64,000 nucleotides of DNA from an uncultured delta proteobacterium (GCA_963782055.1 CAWAIF010000003.1:6848001-6912000); one strand, 5' to 3'. Shown: positions 10,229 through 20,295, counted from the first letter of the stretch. Notes: generated by a model not told the origin, from the letters alone. Numbers and translations are program-made.

Positions 10229-11826
10229 GCCTTGCTCCGCTTGGTGTCCAGCACGTTGACCTTGCGGAAGCGCGCGGGCGAGCACCCGTGGCTCACCGGG
10301 TTGTCCTGCACCGGCTCCCCCTTGCCATCGTGCAGGGTGCCGTGCATCTCGAAGTGCGACGCGTCGGCGATCATGTCGCAGGAGTGCCAGAAGTCGATGG
10401 TGTTGGACTGGTAGGCCACGTCCTTCAGGGCGCCCGTGATCTTGCCCTTCTTCACCTCGTAGAACATCTGCCCGCCGAACTGGAAGTTGTAGCGCTGGTG
10501 GTCAATCGACCACGAGCCGTTGCCGTGGATGAGCACCCCGTCGTCGGTGGCCGCGACGATGTCCGCGAGCGACATCGTCTTGTCCCCCGGCTTCAGCGAC
10601 ACGTTGGGCATGCGCTGGAAGGGCACGGAGGCGTGGTCCTGGGCGTAGGAGCAGCCGCGAGAGGTCTTCTCGCCGATCCACGCCGCCTGATCGCGCGTCG
10701 TCTGGTAGCCGACGAGCAGGCCGTCCTTCACCAGATCCCAGCGCCCGCACTTCACGCCGTCGTCGTCCCAGCCGCTGGTGGCCAGTCCCCCCGGCGTCGT
10801 CTTGTCCGCGTAGACGGTGACGCCCGGGTCGCCGATCTTCAGCTTGCCCAGCTTGTCGGGGGTGGCGAAGGAGGTGCCCGCCAGGTTGGCCTCGTAGCCC
10901 ATGGCGCGGTCCAGCTCGGTGGAGTGGCCCATGGACTCGTGGATGGTCAGCCAGAGGTGCGACGGGAGCAGGATGACGTCGCGCTTGCCGGGCTTCACCG
11001 AGGGCGCCTTCAGCTTCTCGGCGGCGTCCTCCCCCATCTTGCGCGCGTCGGCGAGCAGGGACGACCGCGTCACCATCTCCCATCCGGCCTGCGCGCGCGG
11101 CAGCTCCGTCCCGCGCGTCACGAACTCGCCGGTCTTCTTGTCGGTGGCGGTGACGTCGTACCAGCAGCCGACGCGGGTGATGCTCTGCTCGATGAGGGAG
11201 CCCTCGGTGGAGGCGAAGAGCTTCCACTCGCCGTGCGCCTCCGCGTTGCCGGTGAGGAAGCTGACGCCGGACACCTTGCGCGCCTCGCGCCAGGCGGCGA
11301 GCAGCAGCTCCGCCTTCTCGGCGACGGGGACGTCGAAGGGATCGACCTCGAGCGGCGTCGCGTACTTGACGCCGTGGTACGCGGGCACCGGGGCGAGCGC
11401 GATGGGCCGCTTCTGTGCGCCGCGGTCCGCCTTCGCCACGGCGACGGCCTGCTGGGCTGCGGCCTTCGCGCTCGCGGGGCTCACCGAGGCGGCGGCGGCG
11501 AAGCCCCACGCGCCGAAGGCGAGCACGCGCACGCCCACGCCGTAGTTCTCGGAGTAGCTCACCTCCCGCACGTGGTCCTCGCGGGTGCCGACGCGCTCGT
11601 AGCGGCGGCGCACGACGCGGGCGTCGGCGTAGGTGGCGCCCGCCTTCTTCGCGGCGTCGAGCGCGCCGTCGAGCACCGACTCCAGGGAGGCGTGCACGGC
11701 GGGGGGCAGCACCGGAGGCGGCCGGGGACCGGGCACCGGCGGCACGGGGGCGCGCGCGGCGGGCCCGCACGCGGTCAGCGCGCCGAGGCCGGATCCGACG
11801 AGAAAGGAGCGGCGACCGAGGGACAT
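10225..11826 (-). CDS. tldD: TldD family metalloprotease with Tat-type (lipoprotein) signal
   Basis: HESMGH zinc motif, WDDDG, QRMPN, GKGEP..PVSHG; N-terminus MSLGRRSFL...LTAC. Confidence 0.88.
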   Translation of the reverse strand: MSLGRRSFLVGSGLGALTACGPAARAPVPPVPGPRPPPVLPPAVHASLESVLDGALDAAKKAGATYADARVVRRRYERVGTREDHVREVSYSENYGVGVRVLAFGAWGFAAAASVSPASAKAAAQQAVAVAKADRGAQKRPIALAPVPAYHGVKYATPLEVDPFDVPVAEKAELLLAAWREARKVSGVSFLTGNAEAHGEWKLFASTEGSLIEQSITRVGCWYDVTATDKKTGEFVTRGTELPRAQAGWEMVTRSSLLADARKMGEDAAEKLKAPSVKPGKRDVILLPSHLWLTIHESMGHSTELDRAMGYEANLAGTSFATPDKLGKLKIGDPGVTVYADKTTPGGLATSGWDDDGVKCGRWDLVKDGLLVGYQTTRDQAAWIGEKTSRGCSYAQDHASVPFQRMPNVSLKPGDKTMSLADIVAATDDGVLIHGNGSWSIDHQRYNFQFGGQMFYEVKKGKITGALKDVAYQSNTIDFWHSCDMIADASHFEMHGTLHDGKGEPVQDNPVSHGCSPARFRKVNVLDTKRSKA

Positions 11827-11906
11827 GGCGCGGAGCATACCCCCGCCGGCGCGGGGATCGCGCGGGGTGTGGCCGGGCGAGGCCCGCGTGCTATCTTGGC
11901 TCCGCC

Positions 11907-12269
11907 ATGTCCGAAAAGATGACCTTCCACGACTACATGCGCGCCTACGGCGAGGACCACCAGAACAAGATCAACAAGGCGTGCCACATGATCGGCATCC
12001 CGCTGATCCTCGGCTCCCTGCCGGTGATCCCGGTCGCGCCGCCGGTGGGCCTGTCCATGTTCGGGGTCGGCTGGACGTTCCAGTTCGTGGGGCACTTCTT
12101 CGAGGGCAAGAAGCCGAGCTTCACGCGGGACGTGCGATACCTGCCGATCGGCGCGGTGTGGGTGACGGTGGAGTGGGTGGAGCTGCTGACGGGGAAGCGG
12201 ATCTACCGGGTGAGGGAGACGGCGAAGCACGCAGAGACGAACGGGGTGACGGCCGCGGCGACGGCCTAG
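11907..12269 (+). CDS. DUF962/Mpo1-like membrane protein
   Basis: Y..DHQN..NKACHMIGIP and QFVGHFFEGKKPSF. Confidence 0.88.
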   Translation: MSEKMTFHDYMRAYGEDHQNKINKACHMIGIPLILGSLPVIPVAPPVGLSMFGVGWTFQFVGHFFEGKKPSFTRDVRYLPIGAVWVTVEWVELLTGKRIYRVRETAKHAETNGVTAAATA

Positions 12270-12270
12270 C

Positions 12271-12450
12271 GGAGAAGGAGAGGAGGGGCCCCGCCCCGCC
12301 CATGCTCGGGCACGTGCTCGCTCGCGCGCGCGCCGGCCGGGTGGGCGTGATGGACGGGCGACGGCACGCACGCGAGCTTGCGCGCGAGCCCTGCGCGTGG
12401 GCGCCCTCCCCTCGCCCATCGCTCGCTGGCGCTCGCTCGGGCGGGGAGGG
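12271..12450 (+). repeat. Dispersed intergenic REP-like repeat, copy B
   Basis: Begins right after the TAG at 12269; similar to copies A and C. Confidence 0.6.
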
Positions 12451-12620
12451 TTTTCGAAGCGCTGGTGGGCCCGGTTTCGTCGGAGGATGCGGCCCGGCTG
12501 CTACAGGCGACGAGGAACGCTCCGGCGCTTCGTGAAGACGGAGCGGATGGAATAGTGCGGCGACGCGCGATCTTCGTGGGCGATCGAAGCTCGCGCTCGC
12601 GCCTGCGTTCCAATCCGCAG

Positions 12621-12857
12621 ATGCAACTCGACACGATCGACGACTTCGCGCGAGACGCCCGCCGGCGAGTGCGGCGGGTGGTGTGCTTCTTCCACGCGGC
12701 GGCCGTCCTCGCGCTCGTCGCCGGCGCGTGGATCGACGCGCAGCCTCCGCGACCGCACCTCGATTGCCACACCTTCGTCGGTCAGACGTACTCGCACTAC
12801 CCGCACCCGTACGGCCTGCCGCCGCCGGCGTCCTGGACGCGATGCGCCTGGCGGTGA
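12621..12857 (+). CDS. Small hypothetical membrane protein
   Basis: ATG 12621, one hydrophobic segment, plausible codon usage. Confidence 0.45.
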   Translation: MQLDTIDDFARDARRRVRRVVCFFHAAAVLALVAGAWIDAQPPRPHLDCHTFVGQTYSHYPHPYGLPPPASWTRCAWR

Positions 12858-12903
12858 GAAGGAGTCGCGGGATGCGCGGCGGCAGCTCGGCTAGACTGGC
12901 AGC

Positions 12904-13320
12904 ATGAGGATGGTCGGAGTGGTCGGCGTGAGCGCGGTGCTGCTCGTCGCGTGCGTGGGGCCGGCGGGGGTGCCGGCGCACTCGGGCGCGACGCAGGAGG
13001 CGAACCCGGGGGACGTGGCCAACGCGGCGGTCGTGGTCGGCGCGCGCGCGGCGACCGACAGGCAGGAGGTCCGCTTCGGCTGGGACGTGCGGCTGGACGA
13101 CGAGCACGTGCAGTGGCGTGAATGCGTGACCGCGAAGGAGTGCGGGGGCGCGCTCCACACCGGCGCCGCGTCCCGGCTCCTCGGCGTCGAGACCGTAGGG
13201 ACCGCGGACGTGGCCGACCCCGCCGGCAAGACGCAGCGCGTGGAGGTCAAGCGCATGCGCTTCCGGCCCCTCTCCGCCACGCGCGCGCTGCCGGCTCCTG
13301 CGGACGGCACCTCGCCTTGA
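12904..13320 (+). CDS. Hypothetical lipoprotein
   Basis: Signal VGVSAVLLVAC. Confidence 0.55.
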   Translation: MRMVGVVGVSAVLLVACVGPAGVPAHSGATQEANPGDVANAAVVVGARAATDRQEVRFGWDVRLDDEHVQWRECVTAKECGGALHTGAASRLLGVETVGTADVADPAGKTQRVEVKRMRFRPLSATRALPAPADGTSP

Positions 13321-13443
13321 TGCGCGCGCTCACCGCCCACCGGCCCGCGCGCCTGCTCGGGCACGCGCGCGGCGTCGGGTACGGGGAGCCGGCGGTCTGT
13401 CACGCCCCTTGAGTTTCTCCGTCATCCCTGGCACGAGGCAGGC

Positions 13444-13833
13444 ATGACGACCGACCTGTGGATGCTCGTCGCGAGCGCGGGGCTGTACTGGGCACTCATC
13501 TTCGCCGCCGCGACGCCTCGCATGTTCAAGAACGGCATTCCCTGGTCCCTGGGCAACCGTGACGCCGCGACCGTCGCCGTCCCGGCCTGGGCCGACCGAG
13601 CGCAGCGCGCGTGCAACAACATGCAGGAGAACCTGATCCTGCTCGTCGTGCTGGTGCTGGTCGCGCACGCCGCGAACCGCGCGAGCGAACGGACCGTGCT
13701 CGGCGCGGAGATCTTCTTCGGCGCCCGGATCGCGCACGCGGTCGTCTACATCGCGGGGATCCCCGTCGTGCGCACGCTCGCGTGGGCGACCGGCGTCGCC
13801 GGGCTCGCCGTCATCGCCGCCGCGCTCGTGTGA
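13444..13833 (+). CDS. MAPEG family membrane protein
   Basis: RAQRACNNMQEN and FFGARIAHAVVYIAGIP. Confidence 0.88.
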   Translation: MTTDLWMLVASAGLYWALIFAAATPRMFKNGIPWSLGNRDAATVAVPAWADRAQRACNNMQENLILLVVLVLVAHAANRASERTVLGAEIFFGARIAHAVVYIAGIPVVRTLAWATGVAGLAVIAAALV

Positions 13834-13838
13834 CGCGC

Positions 13839-14357
13839 GCGCCGCCGCGCGAGGCTCGGGGTTCGCCCTCGGGGTGACGCGCTGACGACGGCGCGCCCGG
13901 TTCTGGCCATCCCCGGATCAGCGCGCGCGAACGACGATTGGGCGGGCACCCGCCGGCAATCTCCGGCGACGAGAGTGCTCACCCCGTGCGCCGGCCGGCG
14001 CGGGGTCGGGCGCCCTCGGCCATGCGCGCGCGGAGCAGCTTTTTCACCAGCGAGGTGGGCAGCGGCCGGTCCGGACCGAAGTGCAGCGCGCTCTTCGTCT
14101 TGTCGTAGACGGCGAGGTCGGCCGCGAGCGTGCGCAAGGTCGTCCCGCTGAAGGGGTAGTACGAGCAGCCCCTGGAGGTGGCGGAGAAGCCCGCGATGAC
14201 CTTCCCCTCGTGGCGGAAGGCGGGCAGGCGGTAGCTGATGCACTCCTCCGCGTCCGGGACGAGGGCGCGGATGGTCTTGCGCAGCTCCTCGAGCAGCGCG
14301 CGGCTCTTCGGGGGCACGCCGGCGAGGTACGCGTCGATGGCGGGGTCTCGTTTCATC
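13839..14357. repeat. ~520-bp near-identical direct repeat, copy 1 (copy 2 at 18079-18597)
   Basis: Direct comparison: constant offset of 4240 nt and about five substitutions. Confidence 0.93.
13979..14356 (-). CDS. DUF1801/YdhG-like protein, copy 1
   Basis: IDAYLA...LRKTIR..PDAEECISYRLPAF...LPTSLVKKL. Confidence 0.85.
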   Translation of the reverse strand: MKRDPAIDAYLAGVPPKSRALLEELRKTIRALVPDAEECISYRLPAFRHEGKVIAGFSATSRGCSYYPFSGTTLRTLAADLAVYDKTKSALHFGPDRPLPTSLVKKLLRARMAEGARPRAGRRTG

Positions 14358-14385
14358 GGGGCTCCGGGCGATTGGGCGGGTGACG

Positions 14386-15117
14386 TCAGAACGAGCGCAT
14401 GACGCTCAGCTCGGGCATGTACGCGATGGCGCCTCCCCGGCCGAACGCGGCGGCGATCTTCAGCGGGGCGAGCATCATGCCGAGGTTTGCGTTCCCGAAG
14501 CGGATGCCGAGACCGGTGGTGACGAAGAAAGGCCCGGCGACGTCCCACGCCTGCACCGGCTGGTGTCCGAGAACGTCGTCCTTCACCACGAGGGTGAGGT
14601 CGACCGGCGCGCCGAAATCGGCCATCCCGAAGCCGAAGAGGGCGTAGGGCCGAAAGGCGTAGCGGGTGCGCGTGAGCGGGTGCGCGCCGAGCACCCAGGT
14701 AACGCGTGCCTCCAACATGGAGTCGTTGAGCAATCCGTAGTCGGCGACGTGGACGTTCTGGGGGTGGAAGTAGAAGCCGTACCGAACGCCGAGCAGGACG
14801 CCGTCGGTGAGCGCGACGTCGACCGCACCGACGGCGAAGTTGGCGAGTCCGCCGAGGCCCGGGCGGACGTCCGTCCCGCCCGACACGACGGAGCTCCGGG
14901 GGCTCGGGAAGACGGGGCCGCCGTCCTTCTCCGCGCACGTCCACGCTGCGCTCGCGCAGACGTTCGCACCGGATGGATGCAAGACGATGGTCAGCCCGTC
15001 GGAGAATCCGAGCCAGAAGCGGTGGAGCTTCACCGGCTTGTCGCCCGCGGCGAGTCCGGCCCGCGGGAGCGCCAGCAGCGCGAGCGAGACGGCGAACGCG
15101 GCCAGCTTGCGGTTCAC
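14386..15117 (-). CDS. Secreted, probable outer-membrane beta-barrel protein, paralog 1
   Basis: Signal peptide, amphipathic aromatic strands, C-terminal Phe; GTGA overlap with the RCC1 gene. Confidence 0.68.
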   Translation of the reverse strand: MNRKLAAFAVSLALLALPRAGLAAGDKPVKLHRFWLGFSDGLTIVLHPSGANVCASAAWTCAEKDGGPVFPSPRSSVVSGGTDVRPGLGGLANFAVGAVDVALTDGVLLGVRYGFYFHPQNVHVADYGLLNDSMLEARVTWVLGAHPLTRTRYAFRPYALFGFGMADFGAPVDLTLVVKDDVLGHQPVQAWDVAGPFFVTTGLGIRFGNANLGMMLAPLKIAAAFGRGGAIAYMPELSVMRSF

Positions 15118-16337
15118 GGCAACCCCACGACGCGTGTCGGAACGTCGCGGTCGGCCGTCGTCCCGTCGCCGAGCTGGCCGTAGTCGTTCCATCCCCAGCA
15201 GTAGACATCGCCGGAGACGAGGAGCGCACACGAGAAGTCGTAGCCGGCGTGGAGGTCGACGATGCCGGAGAGCCGCCCATCGCCCGACGGAGAGACGACC
15301 GGGGTCGGCGTGAGGTGCTGGTCGGTCGTGCCGTCGCCGAGCTGGCCGTGGGTGTTCGCGCCCCAGCACACCGCCGTGCCGTCGGCGAGCCGGGCGCAGG
15401 AGTGGTAGTCGCCGAGCGCGAGTTGCACGGCATCCGTCAACCCCGCGACTTTCACTGGCGTCGATCGGTCGGTGCCCTTCGTACCGTCGCCGACCTGGCC
15501 CTCGCTGTTCCAGCCCCAGCACCAGGCCGTCCCGCCCTCCACCAGCGCGCACGCGTGGACCAGTCCTACGAAGGCCTTCTGGACCTTCGTGCCCGGTGGC
15601 AGGAGGACCGCGGCGAGCGCCGGGTGATAGGCGGACGATTCCGCCCCGTTACCGAGGACCCCAGAGGTCTGGTGACCGCAGCAGTACACAGATGTGTCCC
15701 GGGTACCGCACAGGAACTGCTGGCCCAGCGCAACGCTATCGAGCGACCCGAGGTCCGGGCGCGGCGCCGGCGTGGCCGGGTAGCCTGCGTCCGGATATGT
15801 CGGGTCGCAGTCTGGTGGATAGCCCCAGCAATAGAGGGCATGGTCGGCTCGACGCGCACACTCGAAGTCGCCGTGCGGCGAGGAAATAAGCGCGGTCGCG
15901 CCCTTGAGTACTGCAACACCGGGGGGCGTTTGCGGCTTGCCGGACCCATCGCCCAGGCGCTGAAACTGGTCGTCGTATCCCCAGCAATCGACGGTTCCGT
16001 CGGCAAGCAGGATGCATTGACCTATGTAGTGCGCGCTGACCATGATGGGAACGCCGTTGGTCGGGACGGCCTGTGGCCTGGGGACTGCCAGCCAGCCGCC
16101 GTCACCACCCACTTCACCGTTGGGACTCCCCCCCCAGCATAGCAGGGTTCCCTCACGGCTCCGGTAGCAGGCATGACGACCGTCGGCGACCAGCAGCGGC
16201 GCGAAACCGCCTCCGTCGGAGGCATCGCTCACGTCCCGGCCGGCGTCGGCACGTTGCGGTACGCCAAGCCCGGTACGTGCGCCGCAACCCGCGAGCAAGA
16301 TGATGAGAGACGCGTACTGAAGCGTCGGCGACGGCAT
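15114..16337 (-). CDS. RCC1/BLIP-II repeat lipoprotein
   Basis: Lipobox LLAGC; repeated CWG.N..GQLGDGT motifs. Confidence 0.9.
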   Translation of the reverse strand: MPSPTLQYASLIILLAGCGARTGLGVPQRADAGRDVSDASDGGGFAPLLVADGRHACYRSREGTLLCWGGSPNGEVGGDGGWLAVPRPQAVPTNGVPIMVSAHYIGQCILLADGTVDCWGYDDQFQRLGDGSGKPQTPPGVAVLKGATALISSPHGDFECARRADHALYCWGYPPDCDPTYPDAGYPATPAPRPDLGSLDSVALGQQFLCGTRDTSVYCCGHQTSGVLGNGAESSAYHPALAAVLLPPGTKVQKAFVGLVHACALVEGGTAWCWGWNSEGQVGDGTKGTDRSTPVKVAGLTDAVQLALGDYHSCARLADGTAVCWGANTHGQLGDGTTDQHLTPTPVVSPSGDGRLSGIVDLHAGYDFSCALLVSGDVYCWGWNDYGQLGDGTTADRDVPTRVVGLP

Positions 16338-16348
16338 TCGTGAGCTCG

Positions 16349-17753
16349 TCAGTGGCACGCGCCGTCCACGCAGGTCTGCCCAGACCCACAGCATGCCCCA
16401 TCGACGACACACGACGCCGGGCAGCAATCCTGAGCGCCACCTGGTAGCGTCATGCACGGTCCGCCGCAGCAGTGTCCCCCGCAAAGCCGTGCGCCGCCGT
16501 TGCCGCCGGAGATCGTGATGTTGCAGCACGTCTGGTCGGTGGTCGCGCAGACGGAACCAGGGAAGCAGCACTCGCCGCCGCACTGTGTCGCGGCGGCTGG
16601 ACAGGTGCAGGTCCCGTCCGGGTTGCAGACATTTCCGCCCGTGCAGCACGTCGTCGTCCCGTTCGCCGGGTTGGGACACACGTCCGCCGGGCCGCAGCAC
16701 GTGTCGGTCTTCGCGTCGCAGGGCTGACCCTCCGGGCAGCACACCGTTCCGCCATTGCACGCCCGGTCGTTGGGGCAGCAGGTGCTGTCCGCCTCCGAGG
16801 TGCACGTTTCGGTGCCGCTATCGCAGCAGTTCTGGTTGCAGCTCGTCGTACCGCCCGGACAGCAAAGATGCTGCGCTTCGCTCGAGCATGTCGAGCCGTA
16901 GTCGCAACAGAAGTGGCCTTGACCCTCGACGCCGCACGGAACGGGGCAGCAGCCGAACTGGTTCCCGAGCTCGTTGCACTGGTCGTTGCAAACGTTGTCG
17001 GCGAGCACCGCGGCGACGATGACGACCGCGAGGCAGACAGCGAGCGGAATGCCGAAGAACTGTCCGTCCCAGACGGCCGCGCAGGTGACCAATCCCAAGA
17101 ATACCGCCAAGGAGGCGCCCACCGTGCACTGCAGGTGGCAATTCCGGCAATTCTCCCCATCCTGCGGGTACTCCGGCTGCGCGGGAACCGACGACACTGA
17201 CGAACCGTCAGCCGCCACGCACGTGCCCGACGACAGCACCTCCTGCAAGTGCTTGTAGGTGTCCAGGATGTGCTGCGACGCAGGTGCCACCCCCGCGTCG
17301 AAGGGCGTCCCGTCGGCGAAGTGCACCGTGCTCGCGTCGGCGTCCTTCGGAAAGGGCGCGAGCGGCTTGCCGTCGACGTCGCCGGTGACGACGGTGTCGC
17401 CGCGGAGCAGGTGGATGACGTGCTGCTCCTGCCCGCTGTACGCCGGGCCCTGCTTCACCGTCTCGCTCCAGCCCTGCGGGGTGGAGACGGCGGTCGCGTC
17501 GAACGCCAGCGACCCGTCGACGACGAGCCGCATCTCGGTCGACGTGGGCGACATGTCCATGTCGAGCTCGTTCGCGCCGTCGGTGACGGTGCGATGCCAG
17601 CCGCCATCGCTGGCCGTCGCGGTACACAGCGGCACCGAGGAGGACGGCGAATCGCTCGAGCAGCTGAGGACGCCGAGCACGAGGAGCGCTCCGGATGCAG
17701 CTAGGACACTACGGGCACGAGGCGAGGCGAGGCGAGGCGAGGCGAGGCGACAT
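16349..17753 (-). CDS. Cys-rich lipoprotein with internal hydrophobic hairpin; ATG at 17753 is out of frame because of a pentamer repeat (putatively phase-variable, OFF state)
   Basis: The frame of ORF 16349-17680 continues upstream through RARSVLAASGALLVLGVLSC to a TGA at 17753-17755. ATG 17753 has AAAGGGG upstream and reads MSPRLASPRLASCP*. Confidence 0.75.
17718..17750. repeat. Tandem pentamer (GGCGA)x6, read as (TCGCC)x6 on the minus strand
   Basis: Read directly; immediately follows ATG 17753 (-). Confidence 0.95.
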
Positions 17754-17984
17754 CACGTTTCCCCTTTCGTGACACGCCCCCCCCCGGTGGCGACGCGTGA
17801 ACGCCATCCTCGGCCTGTCCACCTCCGAAGACAAGGCACGAAGGCAAGCCATCAAAGAATGAGTAGGAGGTCGTCGCACACGCGCGCGCTCCTGCCGAAC
17901 TGGTGTCCGCGCCGTCCGCGCCACCACGCCCCGGCCTCGCGGCGCGGGATGGACCGCAGCTCATTCCATTGTAATGATCGACGG

Positions 17985-18125
17985 ATGGCCCTCGGTCGAC
18001 ACCTGCAGCTCGCCGCGACTGCCGCGTTCCTCGTGGGGTGTGGCGGGATCGTCGCCGCGCCTCCCGATGCCGGTGCAGGCGCCGCCGCGCGAGGCTCGGG
18101 GTTCGCCCTCGGGGTGACGCGCTGA
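17985..18125 (+). pseudogene. Truncated lipoprotein gene (signal peptide only) cut at the duplication junction
   Basis: MALGRHLQLAATAAFLVGCGG...DAG runs into repeat copy 2 at 18079 and stops soon after. Confidence 0.5.
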
Positions 18126-18597
18126 CGACGGCGCGCCCGGTTCTGGCCATCCCCGGATCAGCGCGCGCGAACGACGATCGGGCGGGCACCCGCCGGCAAT
18201 CTCCGGCGACGAGAGTGCTCACCCCGTGCGCCGGCCGGCGCGGGGTCGGGCGCCCTCGGCCATGCGCGCGCGGAGCAGCTTCTTCACCAGCGAGGTGGGC
18301 AGCGGCCGGTCCGGACCGAAGTGCAGCGCGCTCTTCGTCTTGTCGTAGACGGCGAGGTCGGCCGCGAGCGTGCGCAAGGTCGTCCCGCTGAAGGGGTAGT
18401 ACGAGCAGCCCCTGGAGGTGGCGGAGAAGCCCGCGATGACCTTCCCCTCGTGGCGGAAGGCGGGCAGGCGGTAGCTGATGCACTCCTCCGCGTCGGGGAC
18501 GAGGGCGCGGATGGTCTTGCGCAGCTCCTCGAGCAGCGCGCGGCTCTTCGGGGGCACGCCGGCGAGGTACGCGTCGATGCCGGGGTCACGTTTCATC
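18079..18597. repeat. ~520-bp near-identical direct repeat, copy 2
   Basis: Matches 13839-14357. Confidence 0.93.
18219..18596 (-). CDS. DUF1801/YdhG-like protein, copy 2
   Basis: Identical to copy 1 except A6G. Confidence 0.85.
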   Translation of the reverse strand: MKRDPGIDAYLAGVPPKSRALLEELRKTIRALVPDAEECISYRLPAFRHEGKVIAGFSATSRGCSYYPFSGTTLRTLAADLAVYDKTKSALHFGPDRPLPTSLVKKLLRARMAEGARPRAGRRTG

Positions 18598-18732
18598 TGA
18601 GCGTCTCCTCCTCGAGGCGCCGGCGCTCGGGGCCCATCACGGCGCGCTGACGGGCTCGGCCGAAGCAGCTGTCAGCCGCACCGGATCGTACGCGATGACC
18701 ACCTGCCTGGCGTTCCACGTTTTCCACGTTTC

Positions 18733-18846
18733 AATTTCCCGAACGGGAAATTTCCGTTTGCCAGGACTCATCGGGGAGCTACGTTTCCCGAACGGGAAAA
18801 TCATGGCGGAACGGACCAAGAGCGAACCAGACTTCCCGAGCGGGAT
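18733..18846 (+). promoter_or_regulatory. Three inverted-repeat operators, probable HipB binding sites
   Basis: TTTCCCGAACGGGAAA at 18735-18750 and 18784-18799, and degenerate TTCCCGAGCGGGAT at 18833-18846, about 49 bp apart around the hipB start. Confidence 0.75.
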
Positions 18847-19060
18847 CATTCGAACGCCGAAGGACATCGGCGCGTGGGTGCGCCGCGCGCGGAGGGCGAG
18901 CGGGAAGACGCTCGCGGAGGCCGCCGCGCTCACCGGCGTCGGGGTGCGCTTCCTCCACGAGCTGGAGCACGGCAAGGAGACCGCGTCCCTCGGCAAGGCG
19001 CTCCTGGTGCTCCACCGCATGGGACTCGTGCTCGCGATCCGCGAACGGCGCGCGCGATGA
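18803..19060 (+). CDS. hipB: HipB-like XRE HTH antitoxin
   Basis: IG..VR..R...GKTLAEAA..TGVGVRFLHELEHGKET; ATGA overlap with hipA. Confidence 0.87.
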   Translation: MAERTKSEPDFPSGIIRTPKDIGAWVRRARRASGKTLAEAAALTGVGVRFLHELEHGKETASLGKALLVLHRMGLVLAIRERRAR

Positions 19061-20293
19061 CGCGCAGGCTGGTCGTCGTCCACGGGCTGCGACGCGTCGG
19101 TCACCTCGAACCGAGCGACGACCGCATGACGTTCGCGTACGACCCGGCATGGGTCGCCTCTCCGGACGCCTTCGCGATCTCCGCTCAGCCTGCCGCTGGA
19201 CGGGAACTTCGATGCGACGCGCGCCACGCGGTTCTTCGCGAACCTCCTGCCCGAGGCGAACGTACGGACGCTCATCTGCCGCCGTCTCGGGCTCTCCGGG
19301 TCGAACGACTTCGGCCTCCTCGCCGCCATTGGTGGGGAATGCGCGGGAGCGCTCTCCATCCTTCCGGAGGGCGTCGACCCGGCGGAGCACGCGAACGAGT
19401 ACGAGGAGCTGGACCGGGCGAGGCTCGAACAGCTGGCCACGAGCTACGAGGCGCTGCCCATCGTCGACGGGTCCGGCCGCGCCCGGCTCTCCCTCGCCGG
19501 CGCGCAGGACAAGCTGCCCGTGAGGATGGACGGCGATCGCATTCTCTTGCCGATCGGCAACTCGCCGAGCTCGCACATCCTCAAGCTCCCCAACCGCAAC
19601 TACAAGCATCTGCCGGCGAACGAGGCGCTCGTCATGGAGCTGGCGCGGCAGGTGAAGCTTCCAGTCGTGGCGACGACGTGGCGTGCCCTCGGAGAGGAGG
19701 GGATGTGCATCGTGGAGCGCTACGACCGCGTGGTCCGGGGCGGCGAGCTCCGTCGCGTGCACCAGGAGGACTTCTGCCAGGCCATGGGCCTCTCCTTCAG
19801 CACGAAGTACGAGGAGGAGGGCGGCCCGTCCTTCGCGAGCTGCGTCGAGCTGGTACGCGAGCACTCGGTCGTGCCGCTCGCCGACGTCGACGCGCTCCTC
19901 GGCTGGCTCGCCTTCGACGCGATCGCCGCCAACGCGGACGGTCACGGCAAGAACCTGTCGCTGCTCCTCGGAGGAGGGCCGAGGCTCGCTCCCTTCTACG
20001 ATCTGGTCTGTACGCGAGCCTACGAAGGTCTCGACCGGCGCCTGGCGATGAGCATCGGCGACGAGCGCGACCCGGATCGGCTGCGGCCCGAGCACCTCGA
20101 CGATTGCGCCGCCGCGCTCGACGTGAAGCCGTGGCTCCTCCGCGCGACGTTCGAGCGGATGGCGGACTCGATCCTCCAGCGGCTCGACGCCACGGTCGAG
20201 GCCGCCGGGGTGGGTGAGTCGCCCGCCGTACGACGCACCGTGCCGCTCGTGCGGAAGCAGGCGAAGCGCTGGCTTCGAGAGCTGGGCGGGTGA
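19057..20293 (+). pseudogene. hipA: HipA family kinase toxin with a +1 frameshift near 19181-19183
   Basis: FAY.P.W...AIS|LSLPL, FFANLLPE, SLAGAQDK, HILK, VERYDR, HQEDFCQ, N.D.H.KN and LAPFYD motifs lie in two frames. Confidence 0.85.
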
Positions 20294-20295
20294 CG

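Noticed and set aside
13429..13444. Sigma-54 promoter for the MAPEG gene
   Set aside because: GG-N10-GC spacing is present, but the box overlaps the start codon, so transcription would begin inside the gene.
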